Origin: a virus
Taxonomy: Duplodnaviria > Caudoviricetes
Direction: 5' to 3' (one strand)
IMG/VR virus record: IMGVR_UViG_2916515220_000003
Length of the DNA: 64,000 nucleotides
The first letter of the stretch is position 1; every line of letters starts with the position of its first letter. The notes under the pieces were generated by a model, which ran no database searches, was not told the origin of the DNA, and was given only the letters and a program-made list of their open reading frames with translations. Positions 8,807 to 17,990 of the stretch are shown piece after piece. The translations under genes were made by a program, and so were the position numbers.

Positions 8807-9214
8807 ATGTCTGACAATAGGTTTTCACGAAACGTAAATTTTGTTTCAGAGGATGAAATGTCTAGTACTGCGTTAGTCGAAGCAAAAGACTGGTACGACA
8901 AGCTTATGGCCTTGGAATTTAGGGGCCGTGGCGATCGTGAAAAGTCTGCCCGTGGGCGAGTAGCCGATAACATCGGTGTCCCTGAGACGTGGCTGTTCGA
9001 CCTTCAATACAAGTCCAGTGGCAAGAAAGATGTGCGCGGTGCGCTCTATCGAGCCCTCATGCTTGGCATCCAGAAATACGAAGACCTTTGCCAGAAAAAC
9101 GAGGAAGCGGCGGATCGGTACAAGGCCGATCGCCTGAAACGACGAGGCAATCATGAAACGGCTGACGAAAAGCCTGCTCAGGCGGGTTTGGGAATGGATT
9201 CGTCTGAGGTTTGA
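8807..9214 (+). CDS. CII-like regulatory protein
   Basis: HTH-like RVADNIGVPETWL; position after cro operon. Confidence 0.55.
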   Translation: MSDNRFSRNVNFVSEDEMSSTALVEAKDWYDKLMALEFRGRGDREKSARGRVADNIGVPETWLFDLQYKSSGKKDVRGALYRALMLGIQKYEDLCQKNEEAADRYKADRLKRRGNHETADEKPAQAGLGMDSSEV

Positions 9215-9229
9215 GAAGAGGAAGTCACG

Positions 9230-9574
9230 ATGAAGGCGGCGACATACAAAAAGGGCGTGAAGCCCAAGCGGGGTATGAGCCTCGCACGTCGCGCCGCAAA
9301 GCGTGACGCCAGCGAACCGGAGATCGTCACGGCGCTAGAGCAGTGCGGGTTCTCGGTGTTTCGCCTGAATGAGCCTTGCGATCTGCTCGTCGGCTTCCGT
9401 GGCAAAAACTATCTGGTCGAATGCAAGACGAATGGCACAGCCTACGGCAAAGACCTCAACAGCAATCAGCAGGCTTTCAACGACTTTTGGCGCGGCGGCA
9501 AGATGGTTCGCATCGGCAGTGCTTTGGAAGCGCAAGATTGGGCGATATCGATCGCCAGTAAGGCGACGGCATGA
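9230..9574 (+). CDS. VRR-NUC-like PD-(D/E)XK nuclease
   Basis: KRDASEPEIV..PCDLLVG..LVECKT..LNSNQQAF. Confidence 0.8.
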   Translation: MKAATYKKGVKPKRGMSLARRAAKRDASEPEIVTALEQCGFSVFRLNEPCDLLVGFRGKNYLVECKTNGTAYGKDLNSNQQAFNDFWRGGKMVRIGSALEAQDWAISIASKATA

Positions 9575-10965
9575 GCGAGTATCAAGAGTTCCTCGATCGC
9601 AAGAAGATCACCGATCCTGATACAGGCATCAGTGAAGCTTTGTCCCTGCCGTCGGTATTGAAGCCTCACCAGCACGATATCGTTCAGTGGTCATTGCGCC
9701 GCGGTCGCGCCGCTATCTTTGCCGGCACTGGCCTTGGAAAGACGCTCATGGAGCTTTCATGGTCGGATCAGGTCTTCGACTTCACAGGTAAGCCAGTCCT
9801 TATCATGGCGCCGCTAGCCGTCGCTGAGCAACACATTACCGAGGCCGAGAAATTCGGCATGGCGGCAAATCTGGTGTCGTTCCATCCCGAGGAAGGATGG
9901 GGGATCAACGTCACCAATTACCAGAAGATGGATCACTTCGACCTGTCCCGGTTCGGTGGCGTCGTTCTGGACGAAAGCAGCATCCTCAAAAGCACGGACG
10001 GCAAGTACCGCACGAAGCTGATTTCCGAGTGCTCGAAGATACCGTTCAGGCTGGCAGCAACGGCAACTCCGGCGCCGAACGACTTCATGGAGCTTGGCAA
10101 TCATGCGGAGTTCCTCGGCGTCATGTCGTATACCGACATGCTTGCGACGTTCTTCACACACGACGGAGGCGATACGCAGAAATGGCGGCTGAAAGGGCAC
10201 GCTGAGAGCGAGTTCTGGAAGTGGATGGCTTCGTGGGCCGTGATGCTTCGGAAGCCTTCCGATCTAGGCTATGACAATGCCGGCTACGATCTTCCGCCGC
10301 TGAACTACCACCAGCACACTGTCGGAGTGGAATACGCCCCAAGCCTCGATACCGGCCTCCTTTTCCCCATGGAAGCCCGCACGCTGCAAGAACGCATTGC
10401 GGCTCGCCGTGACAGCGTATCCGAGCGCGTGGCGCTAGCCGCCTCCATGACGCCGGCCGATAGACCTTTCGTATGGTGGTGCAATCTGAACAGCGAAGCT
10501 GAGGCCCTCGCAAAGCTGATACCAGGCGCGGTCAATCTATCAGGGGCCGACAAAGACGACGACAAGCGCCGCAAGCTTGTTGACTTCTCGCAGGGTCGCA
10601 TTCGCGTGCTGATCACGAAGCCGTCGATCGCCGGGTTCGGAATGAACTGGCAGCACTGCGCAGATACCGGATTTGTCGGGCTGAATGACAGCTTCGAGCA
10701 AATCTATCAGGCGATCCGTCGCTTCTGGCGGTTTGGGCAGATGAAGCCGGTCAATGTCCATTTCATCGCATCTGAAATGGAGGGCGCCACCGTAGCAAAC
10801 CTCCGTCGGAAGGAAATCGACGCGGACCGGATGGCCGCAGCGATGGTGATGCACATGGCAGACCTTTCGAGTGCAGCTGTGCGCGGATCTGTTCGTGATC
10901 GTCCTGACTACAATCCAACCATACCGATGAAAATTCCAACATGGATAGGGGAGTGCGCGGCATGA
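9571..10965 (+). CDS. SF2 (SNF2-like) helicase
   Basis: GTGLGKT, LDESS, TATP, GFGMN, QAIRRFWRFGQ motifs. Confidence 0.9.
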   Translation: MSEYQEFLDRKKITDPDTGISEALSLPSVLKPHQHDIVQWSLRRGRAAIFAGTGLGKTLMELSWSDQVFDFTGKPVLIMAPLAVAEQHITEAEKFGMAANLVSFHPEEGWGINVTNYQKMDHFDLSRFGGVVLDESSILKSTDGKYRTKLISECSKIPFRLAATATPAPNDFMELGNHAEFLGVMSYTDMLATFFTHDGGDTQKWRLKGHAESEFWKWMASWAVMLRKPSDLGYDNAGYDLPPLNYHQHTVGVEYAPSLDTGLLFPMEARTLQERIAARRDSVSERVALAASMTPADRPFVWWCNLNSEAEALAKLIPGAVNLSGADKDDDKRRKLVDFSQGRIRVLITKPSIAGFGMNWQHCADTGFVGLNDSFEQIYQAIRRFWRFGQMKPVNVHFIASEMEGATVANLRRKEIDADRMAAAMVMHMADLSSAAVRGSVRDRPDYNPTIPMKIPTWIGECAA

Positions 10966-11957
10966 CTATCAACGCCGTCGACCAGGTTGTGACCGATCGA
11001 TACGCCATCTATCAGGGCGACGCATGCGAGCTTATCCGTGGCGTCCCCGGTGATAGCGTCCATTTCGGCATCCATAGCCCGCCATTCGAGGGGCTTTACA
11101 AGTTCTCGAACTACGACCGCGATATATCGAACAATGACGGCCCGCAGTTTTGGGAGCACTACGCATTCCTGATTTCCGAACTCTACAGGGTGACGAAGCC
11201 GGGCCGCATACATTCCGTTCACTGCATGCAACTGCCCACCAGCAAGACACGACATGGCTTTATCGGCATGCGGGACTTCCGGGGCGAAATCGTCAGAGCC
11301 TACGAGGACGCCGGGTGGATCTTCCATTCCGAAGTTTGCATCTGGAAAGACCCGGTTATCGCTCAGCAGCGCACGAAATCTATCCGGTTGCTTCACAAGC
11401 AGATCACGAAGGACAGCACGATCAGCGGTATGGGACTTGCTGATTATATCGTGTCATTCCGCAAGCCGGGGGACAACGAGGCGCCCGTCGCTGGAATGTT
11501 TGACCGGTGGTCTGGCGATGACAGCCTCGACATCAGCCGTGAGGCCTATGAAAAGCACAGAAAGCAAACCGAATCCGAAGGCCGCAAGGCTTGGCCCTTC
11601 GAGCAGTGGCGTTCAATCCTCGTATGGCAGCGGTACGCTTCGCCAGTGTGGATGGACATCAACCAGACGAACACCCTGCAGTATCGCGCCGGTCGCGATG
11701 AGAAGGACGAACAGCACATATCCCCGCTACAGCTGGACGTGATCGAGCGATGCCTCGATCTTTGGTCGGCAAAGGGTGAGACAGTCCTGACACCGTTCCT
11801 TGGCATTGGAAGCGAAGTTTACTCCGCTGTAAAGCTCGGCCGAAAAGGACTGGGTTTCGAGTTGAAGCCGTCCTATTTTCGACAGGCAGTCAAGAACATC
11901 GCCGAATTGAATATTCAACCAGCTGACACGCTGTTCGATATGGCAGGTGTCGCATGA
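10962..11957 (+). CDS. DNA amino-methyltransferase (N4-C/N6-A, beta class)
   Basis: HSPPF catalytic motif, then VLTPFLGIGSE SAM motif. Confidence 0.9.
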   Translation: MTINAVDQVVTDRYAIYQGDACELIRGVPGDSVHFGIHSPPFEGLYKFSNYDRDISNNDGPQFWEHYAFLISELYRVTKPGRIHSVHCMQLPTSKTRHGFIGMRDFRGEIVRAYEDAGWIFHSEVCIWKDPVIAQQRTKSIRLLHKQITKDSTISGMGLADYIVSFRKPGDNEAPVAGMFDRWSGDDSLDISREAYEKHRKQTESEGRKAWPFEQWRSILVWQRYASPVWMDINQTNTLQYRAGRDEKDEQHISPLQLDVIERCLDLWSAKGETVLTPFLGIGSEVYSAVKLGRKGLGFELKPSYFRQAVKNIAELNIQPADTLFDMAGVA

Positions 11958-12310
11958 CCGGCCCCGAGAAAGACGCCCTCGCAGTCCTACAGCCGTTCCT
12001 TGGCGATGAGCTGGCGAAGGCCATTGTTGAGTTCCGCCGGCACACGAAGAAATCCCCGCTGACCGGATATGCCGCCAAGCTACTCGTGAAGGAATACCAG
12101 ATCACGGGCAATGCCGTGGCGGCCGCCGAAATGCAGATTTCTATGTCGTGGCAGGGCTTCAAGGCCAACTGGTATTTCAACGAACTCGCCAAGACTGGCC
12201 AGCGCCACCCGCACCAGCCGCCGCAACGCCGGACAGGCGACATGGCAGATTTCACCAACGACTTGATGGAGGGCTACTATGAACGCAAGCTTCCGACCAT
12301 CAACCATTGA
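11954..12310 (+). CDS. short replication-initiator-like protein
   Basis: EFRRHTKKSPLT..WQGFKANW resembles the C-terminal domain of phage initiators. Confidence 0.5.
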   Translation: MTGPEKDALAVLQPFLGDELAKAIVEFRRHTKKSPLTGYAAKLLVKEYQITGNAVAAAEMQISMSWQGFKANWYFNELAKTGQRHPHQPPQRRTGDMADFTNDLMEGYYERKLPTINH

Positions 12311-12869
12311 GGCGCTGAAATCCTTGTGGGTGGCGTTGCCGGTCCGCGCATCAAACGATGGGGCCGACGGCGATCCTCGCGAACGGCAAATGGCCATCCT
12401 ACAGCTCTATTGCGAGGTTCTTTCCGAGTGCAGCGAGGCGGCTATCTGGAACACGGTCAATAACCTGCGCGCAGGCAAGATCGAAGATGCCAGCAAGAGC
12501 TTTTGTCCGAAGGCTCCCGAACTGGCCTCTTATGTCCGCAGTGAGCAGACACGTCTCGACGCGCTGAACCGGCCAAAGTCTATCGCGGCTCAGCCAGTGA
12601 CCCGGCCTTGGACCGATTGGCGAGAGGTTCACCTGAACCGGGCATTCAAGGAAAATCGTGCGTTCATCGAGCATGTGACGCTCGATCAAGCGAAAGCTCG
12701 GTCCAGTCGGAAGAAATACCCAGCCGGTTCGACGTGGTTTTGGTCCCTTGGTCCCGTCGATACCATGCTTGGCTCAATGTATGGGCCTGCCGGTAGCGCG
12801 GAAACTGACGGTCAAATCTGGGGCGACAACAGGCAGCATGTACCTGCATCGGTGGTGATCCATGTGTGA
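12279..12869 (+). CDS. putative helicase loader / replication protein
   Basis: LYCEVLSE..AI..FCPKAPELA motif; follows initiator-like gene. Confidence 0.5.
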   Translation: MNASFRPSTIEALKSLWVALPVRASNDGADGDPRERQMAILQLYCEVLSECSEAAIWNTVNNLRAGKIEDASKSFCPKAPELASYVRSEQTRLDALNRPKSIAAQPVTRPWTDWREVHLNRAFKENRAFIEHVTLDQAKARSSRKKYPAGSTWFWSLGPVDTMLGSMYGPAGSAETDGQIWGDNRQHVPASVVIHV

Positions 12870-13065
12870 TTGCCCTCTATCCGAAACAGAGCTTCGTGTA
12901 GCCCGCTGGCTGGCGGATGGAAAAGACTGCCAGGACATCGCGCTTATCCTGGATCGCAGCAAGATGACGGTCACCCGGCATATCGCTGCGGCCTACAACA
13001 AGACCGGCACCCACAACATGCACGGCCTCGTCGCCTTCGTTCTGCGTAAAGGATGGCTCGAATGA
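12862..13065 (+). CDS. stand-alone LuxR/GerE-type HTH protein
   Basis: LSETELRVARWLADGKDCQDIALILDRSKMTVTRHIAAAYNKTG. Confidence 0.85.
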   Translation: MCDCPLSETELRVARWLADGKDCQDIALILDRSKMTVTRHIAAAYNKTGTHNMHGLVAFVLRKGWLE

Positions 13066-13265
13066 TTGAAAGAATCCCCACAGATCGAGAGATCGAATGC
13101 GTTCAGGCTATTGCCAATGGGCTGACTGCCAAGCAGGCATCGTTCAAGCTCGATACATCGATCAATCTGTTCAACAGGCTCCTTGAGAGAGCGCGTCTGA
13201 AAACAAGCGCGAAAACAACGGCTGAACTGGTCGCAATCGCCATGAGAAACGGATGGATCCAATGA
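13062..13265 (+). CDS. second stand-alone LuxR/GerE-type HTH protein
   Basis: PTDREIECVQAIANGLTAKQAS..ARLKTSAKTTAELVAIAMRNGWI. Confidence 0.8.
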   Translation: MIERIPTDREIECVQAIANGLTAKQASFKLDTSINLFNRLLERARLKTSAKTTAELVAIAMRNGWIQ

Positions 13266-13534
13266 CCATTCAGGAACGATTAGAGGCTCAGGTTTCCGAG
13301 CACGAAGCGTTGGGATCGACGCGCCGGGACAAATCTCTTGGCATTCGGTCTATGCCGGAGGGTTACGCGCTCATGTTGAACCGTGACGAAAGCCATTTCT
13401 ACTGGCTCAAGTTCGATGGCTCGGAAGGGGTGGAGGCGTGGGACAAATGGTACGTCTACCACTCGGCCACGATGAATAGCGATAGCTGCGAGATACTCGC
13501 GGTGCTTCAAGGCAAGATTGGAGCGTCTGCATGA
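13262..13534 (+). CDS. hypothetical protein
   Basis: Coupled ORF. Confidence 0.55.
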   Translation: MTIQERLEAQVSEHEALGSTRRDKSLGIRSMPEGYALMLNRDESHFYWLKFDGSEGVEAWDKWYVYHSATMNSDSCEILAVLQGKIGASA

Positions 13535-13613
13535 CCCCCATCCAATGGAACGGCTCAAGCACCAGCTTTGGGCCGGCGTTTGAGAAGGCAGTGAATAGCA
13601 GGGGGCTTTTCGC

Positions 13614-15025
13614 ATGAGATACGGCTCAGTGTGCAGCGGCATCGAAGCCGCGACCATGGCTTGGCATCCACTCGGATGGACGCCGGCATTCTTCAGCGAG
13701 ATCGAGGCTTTCCCTCGGCCGTCCTCGCTCATCACTACGGATCGAACATGCCAGGAGAACCGCTGGCAAAGAACGGGATACCGAACTATGGCGACTTCAC
13801 GCAGATCGGCGCGGATGCAGGACCAATCGACCTTCTTGTGGGAGGAACACCCTGCCAGTCTTTCTCGGTCGCAGGAAAGCGTCTCGGACTGGATGACCCG
13901 CGCGGTAACCTCGCCCTTGAGTATCTCAGCCTGGCTCGGCGCCTGCGCGCCCGCTGGATCGTATGGGAAAACGTCCCCGGTGTCGTTTCCTCTGTCACGG
14001 ATGAAGAGGACGGTGAAGGCGGTATTCAGTCAGGAATTGAAGGACGCGAAGCCGGAGACGAATGGATTGAAGAAAGCGATTTTGCGACCTTTCTCTCATT
14101 CGTTCGGGAATGCGGGTATGGGTTCGCCTACCGAGTTCTTGACGCTCAATATGTCCGAGTGGACGGCTTTGGACGGGCTGTCCCTCAGCGACGACGGCGT
14201 GTGTTCGTTGTCGGATATCTTGGAGACTGGCGACGTGCCGCAGCAGTATTACTTGAGCCCCAAGGCATGCGCGGGGATTCTGCGCCGCGCCGAGAACCGG
14301 GGGAAGGAACTGCCGGAACAATTGATGCGAGCGCTGCGCGCAGTCGCGGAGCAGGCGTAAACCCCGGCATGATAACAGGTGACTGGCCGGCTCAAGTCTC
14401 TCCGACACTCGACACCTATTATGGTGACAAGATGGGGCTTGAAGATCAGCACATATTCAATCAACGCGGTGGAAAGTTTGTGCCTGTTGCCATACAGGCA
14501 GGCGCCCTGCGCGAGAACCCAAACAGTGGCCCTGACGGCGTTGGCGTTCAGGAAGGCATTTCCTACACGCTGGAAGCTCGATCAGAGGTGCAAGCCGTTG
14601 CTTTCGATACAACGCAGATCACCAGCAAGGCCAATTACAGCAATCCTCAGATTGGAGACCCTTGTCATCCTCTCGCATCAGGTGCGCACCCGCCGGCTGT
14701 GGCTTTCGCTCAGAACACCCGTGACGAGGTTCGCCTGTTCGGTGGCGACGGGCAGGTGGTTGGAGCTCTCGCCGCAGAACCCGGCATGAAACAACAATCG
14801 TATGTCGCTCAGGATTGGGCCGTCCGCCGACTGACCCCGACCGAATGTGAGCGTTTGCAGGGATTTCCCGACAATTTCACCAATGTCCCATGGGGCAAGA
14901 AAGACACGTCGCCCGACGGGCCTCGATACAAAAGTTTGGGGAATTCTATGGCGGTAAACGTGATGCGCTGGATCGGCCGGCGGATTGAGATGGTGGAGAA
15001 GATCACGAAAGGAGAGGCGGCATGA
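13614..15025 (+). CDS. C5-cytosine DNA methyltransferase (apparent 1-nt frameshift at CCC 13712-13714)
   Basis: Motif I SVCSGIEA in one frame; GGTPCQSFS, WENVPG, PQRRRRVF, RRLTPTECERLQGFP, GNSMAV in the next. Confidence 0.9.
13815..14360 (+). CDS. alternative-frame ORF inside the methyltransferase (EcoHK31I beta-like)
   Basis: NAGMGSPTEFLTLN..CSLSDILETGDVPQQYYLSPKACAGILRRAENRGKELP; start uncertain. Confidence 0.55.
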   Translation: MQDQSTFLWEEHPASLSRSQESVSDWMTRAVTSPLSISAWLGACAPAGSYGKTSPVSFPLSRMKRTVKAVFSQELKDAKPETNGLKKAILRPFSHSFGNAGMGSPTEFLTLNMSEWTALDGLSLSDDGVCSLSDILETGDVPQQYYLSPKACAGILRRAENRGKELPEQLMRALRAVAEQA

Positions 15026-15366
15026 CGAACAAATCTGCAGCAAAAGCCGTCCCAACCGGCAATGAATACGAGGCCCATTACCGGCCTGTGTGGGCAGCAT
15101 CGTTCCGAGTGGTGAAGACCAGCGGGAGAGTAGCGAAGTTCTCGACAGAGCTTGCAGCAGAGGTAGCAGCGTGGCGGGTTCTGTATTCCGTCGAGCAGCG
15201 GGTAATGAGACGCGACGGCGCCCTGGTATTTGCGGCCAAGGCAACAGCCGACGCACATTTCAATCTGGCTCCATCTGTCAAAGCCAAGGGCAGCAATAAG
15301 CGAACCATTGTCGAGAAGGCACAACGCAAGGGCAAAGAGATCAGCGTGGAGGGGGTTACGGCATGA
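15022..15366 (+). CDS. hypothetical phage protein
   Basis: Coupled ORF. Confidence 0.6.
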   Translation: MTNKSAAKAVPTGNEYEAHYRPVWAASFRVVKTSGRVAKFSTELAAEVAAWRVLYSVEQRVMRRDGALVFAAKATADAHFNLAPSVKAKGSNKRTIVEKAQRKGKEISVEGVTA

Positions 15367-15632
15367 GCGACAGACCGGTCGAAGCATGGCTCGCATCCAA
15401 AGACCATGAGAAATGGGGCAAGGCGATGGTGGCCTGCCAGAGCGGAGCGCCGTGGGAGTGCGGTGCAGAAGGCAAGTGCGCCAACGGCGGCGATTGCTTC
15501 ACCACGGATCGACAGGGAGCCTGTGTGGCGTGGAAAATGATCAAGCGGCTCAAGAGCGATAACGTCGTGGTGCAGCGTCACCTCCATCGTGCAGTGGAAT
15601 TTCTTCGTTACGGGAAAGGAGACGCAGCATGA
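15363..15632 (+). CDS. hypothetical Cys-rich protein
   Basis: Coupled ORF. Confidence 0.55.
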   Translation: MSDRPVEAWLASKDHEKWGKAMVACQSGAPWECGAEGKCANGGDCFTTDRQGACVAWKMIKRLKSDNVVVQRHLHRAVEFLRYGKGDAA

Positions 15633-15964
15633 CCACAGCAGCCAAACCCAAGCACAGCAAAGAACACATAACACTGGCTGCCCAGATGTGGTGCGACGGG
15701 CAGAAAGTCGAAGTGATCGCTGAACGGCTCGGCATGACGCCGCAGAAACTGCGCGGCATGATAGACACATACCGAAAGCGCTTCCCGTATCGCAGAAATC
15801 ACGTCAGGCGGGAAAACCCTGTGGTCAAGCCTCCTGAGATGGGCAGCGTCGTAACGCCGTTATCCAGACCGGGATGTGTTGTCCGCACGACCATTACAGG
15901 GGCGAGGGTCACCATGCCCCGCGTGGAGTTCATTGACGGGCCAGAATGGCAGGCGAGGGCGTAA
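15629..15964 (+). CDS. HTH protein (GcrA-N-like)
   Basis: AAQMWCDGQKVEVIAERLGMT..RKRFP. Confidence 0.55.
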   Translation: MTTAAKPKHSKEHITLAAQMWCDGQKVEVIAERLGMTPQKLRGMIDTYRKRFPYRRNHVRRENPVVKPPEMGSVVTPLSRPGCVVRTTITGARVTMPRVEFIDGPEWQARA

Positions 15965-16443
15965 TGACCAGCCATCCGGCAGCCGATCTGTTCCCCGAGA
16001 CAATCGCTAAGCGCCCACGGTCGCCAAACGGCATCAACGTGCACCGCTTCCTTGAAGGATACGGCATCAAGGTTCTTCCTTATACCGATGCCAGAGGGTG
16101 GAAAGACCGGCCGGCGAACGTCGTCTATGGAGGCAGAACAGTGGCTCGCCTGATGCGAAGAGACATGGAATTGACAGGGCTGGTGGTCCGCTGCATTCAG
16201 ACAAGTAACCCAACCTGCTTTGATGACGTGGTTATCCTGTCGGTATGGCGGTTCATATCGGCTCACATGGCCCACAGGAAGGCGCCAGACGTAATTCAGG
16301 AGTTCGGGCGCGTAGACCTTGCCCACATCAAGAAACGCGCTCACCGCCTCGTAAATGGGAGCTACGGGCGAATGGGCAAGACATGGGAAAAGATCGGCAC
16401 GCTGTTGGCCGACGCTATGATTGAACAGGAGCACGCGGCATGA
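15964..16443 (+). CDS. hypothetical phage protein
   Basis: Coupled ORF (TAATG). Confidence 0.6.
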   Translation: MTSHPAADLFPETIAKRPRSPNGINVHRFLEGYGIKVLPYTDARGWKDRPANVVYGGRTVARLMRRDMELTGLVVRCIQTSNPTCFDDVVILSVWRFISAHMAHRKAPDVIQEFGRVDLAHIKKRAHRLVNGSYGRMGKTWEKIGTLLADAMIEQEHAA

Positions 16444-17354
16444 AGATTTCCGAGCAACAGAGCTACCTCGACATGGCTGGACGCAGGGTGTTTATTGTCA
16501 GGAGAGAAAAGCTCATCGACACAACAACCGGGCGTCGGGATCAATTCTGGACTTACATCGGATACCAGGTGGACCGAGACGGAAACCGCATTGGCGAGCC
16601 ACGCGGATGGAAGTCAGACGGGAGAGACTGGACTGGCGACATGGATGGCAACATTATCCGGGAAGCCGATATCGGCATGTCGATAACGGAACCACAGGCT
16701 GTCATTTTGGAACGGCTTATTGAGGCCATGGAGACGGATATGGCTTTGCCGATCGCCACCGGTCCTAAGCTATTCGGAAATGCGTGGCCTGAAACATCCT
16801 CAACTAGCACCGAGATCCGTGGGCATGAAACGGTGGAGCTTGTCGCGGGAGAAGAGCACATTACCCGGCAGCGCCATGCAGCGGTCAACGATCTGACCGA
16901 GCGCAGGGCGAAGTGCAGCAGGCCTCGTATCGGGCGGATGGAAGAGGCTTTCTCCTGGGTGTCGTTGGTGTTTGATGATGAAGACCGCAAGATTTTGCTT
17001 GCCTATGCGGAAGTGAAGGCAAAAGGATGGGAATTTAAGCGCTTCATCGAGAACAGAAACCGCCGTAGCCCTCACAAAAACGCATGGGTTAAACGAACGA
17101 TATTGCGTAAAATTACAAAAACCTTGCAAGAGGTTGAAACGAAGTTGCGCAAGCGTGCAATTATCTTGCGTGATTGTGCCGGTTTACATGTGTCACACGA
17201 AGAGGCAAAACACTCATGCAAATCGATAACGTCAACGGTTTGTGGGCGGGATGAAGAGATAAACCGGCATGCAACGCCGATGAATAGCCCCGCAAATATC
17301 ACAACGGCCGCCGAACGTGAAGCACGACGGCGCGCCAAGCTGGAAGCAGCATAA
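16440..17354 (+). CDS. putative late-gene regulator (Q position)
   Basis: ERLIEAMET..GPK..GNAWPE..RIGRMEEAFSW pattern; last gene of early-right operon. Confidence 0.5.
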   Translation: MKISEQQSYLDMAGRRVFIVRREKLIDTTTGRRDQFWTYIGYQVDRDGNRIGEPRGWKSDGRDWTGDMDGNIIREADIGMSITEPQAVILERLIEAMETDMALPIATGPKLFGNAWPETSSTSTEIRGHETVELVAGEEHITRQRHAAVNDLTERRAKCSRPRIGRMEEAFSWVSLVFDDEDRKILLAYAEVKAKGWEFKRFIENRNRRSPHKNAWVKRTILRKITKTLQEVETKLRKRAIILRDCAGLHVSHEEAKHSCKSITSTVCGRDEEINRHATPMNSPANITTAAEREARRRAKLEAA

Positions 17355-17359
17355 CCATT

Positions 17360-17426
17360 TGGACCGGCGATACCGTGAGGGTTCGCACCGCACAGGCTGA
17401 GATTGATGCGCTCAGCGGTCCCGCCA
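17360..17426 (+). ncRNA. tRNA-like mini-RNA ending in CCA
   Basis: GGACCG/CGGTCC acceptor-like stem, CTGAG/CTCAG arm abutting the 3' strand, discriminator G + CCA; 5 nt before tRNA-Met. Confidence 0.4.
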
Positions 17427-17431
17427 ATTCA

Positions 17432-17509
17432 CGTCGGTGTAGAGCAGCCCGGTAGCTCGCTTGGCTCATAACCAAGAGGCCGCAGGTTCAAATCCTGCCA
17501 CCGCAACCA
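17432..17509 (+). tRNA. tRNA-Met(CAT), initiator-like, phage-encoded
   Basis: Cloverleaf with D-arm GAGCAGCCCGGTAGCTC, anticodon CTTGG-CTCATAA-CCAAG, GGTTCAAATCC, C1:A72 mismatch, CCA end; one extra T in acceptor stem. Confidence 0.85.
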
Positions 17510-17515
17510 GTTTCA

Positions 17516-17543
17516 CAGCCCCGCCCGTAACAAGGTGGGGCTG
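17516..17543 (+). terminator. strong hairpin after tRNA (terminator or processing signal)
   Basis: CAGCCCCGCC-cgtaacaa-GGTGGGGCTG; weak U tract. Confidence 0.5.
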
Positions 17544-17633
17544 ATCGATTCCGAGAGTGGCCTAGGACAAAGGGCGGCCCTGCGGGTGACCTAGCGGGTT
17601 TCGCCGACCCGGCCCAAAGCGGCGGAGGATTTC

Positions 17634-17795
17634 ATGAAGGCTCTGACGCCAAAGACAGAAGCAGAGCAGACGGTGGACGATTTAGTGATGCTGGTTCGAA
17701 AACTAGTCCGCAAGCTGCCGAAAGACGCAGAATTGCGGGCTAAGGCGCTGGACTACTTATCGCGCAAAGGCCTCATGGGTAGTCCACTGCGCTGA
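17634..17795 (+). CDS. small phage protein (not in ORF track)
   Basis: 53 aa MKALTPK..VDDLVMLVRKL..ALDYLSRKGLMGSPLR, GGAGGA RBS. Confidence 0.65.
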   Translation: MKALTPKTEAEQTVDDLVMLVRKLVRKLPKDAELRAKALDYLSRKGLMGSPLR

Positions 17796-17834
17796 TCGTC
17801 TGAACCCCATTCACCCGCCCACATGGAGAGAGCG

Positions 17835-17990
17835 ATGAACAACGCCACTATCATTCTGATGATTGGTGTTTTTTACGCCGTGCTGCTCAGTCCGTGGTGG
17901 GTAGGCCTCATCGCCGGTTTGATTGTTGGTCTGGCGTCTTGCATCCTTGTCGATGGTATCTGGTGGCTGATGCGGAAGCTCGCACGATGA
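17835..17990 (+). CDS. small membrane protein (not in ORF track)
   Basis: 51 aa hydrophobic, GGAGAG RBS, ATGA overlap with next gene. Confidence 0.55.
   Translation: MNNATIILMIGVFYAVLLSPWWVGLIAGLIVGLASCILVDGIWWLMRKLAR

Noticed and set aside
9571-15025. Helicase plus two methyltransferases as a restriction-modification or defence system
   Set aside because: Embedded in the coupled early-right phage operon with no cognate restriction endonuclease; orphan phage methyltransferases are common
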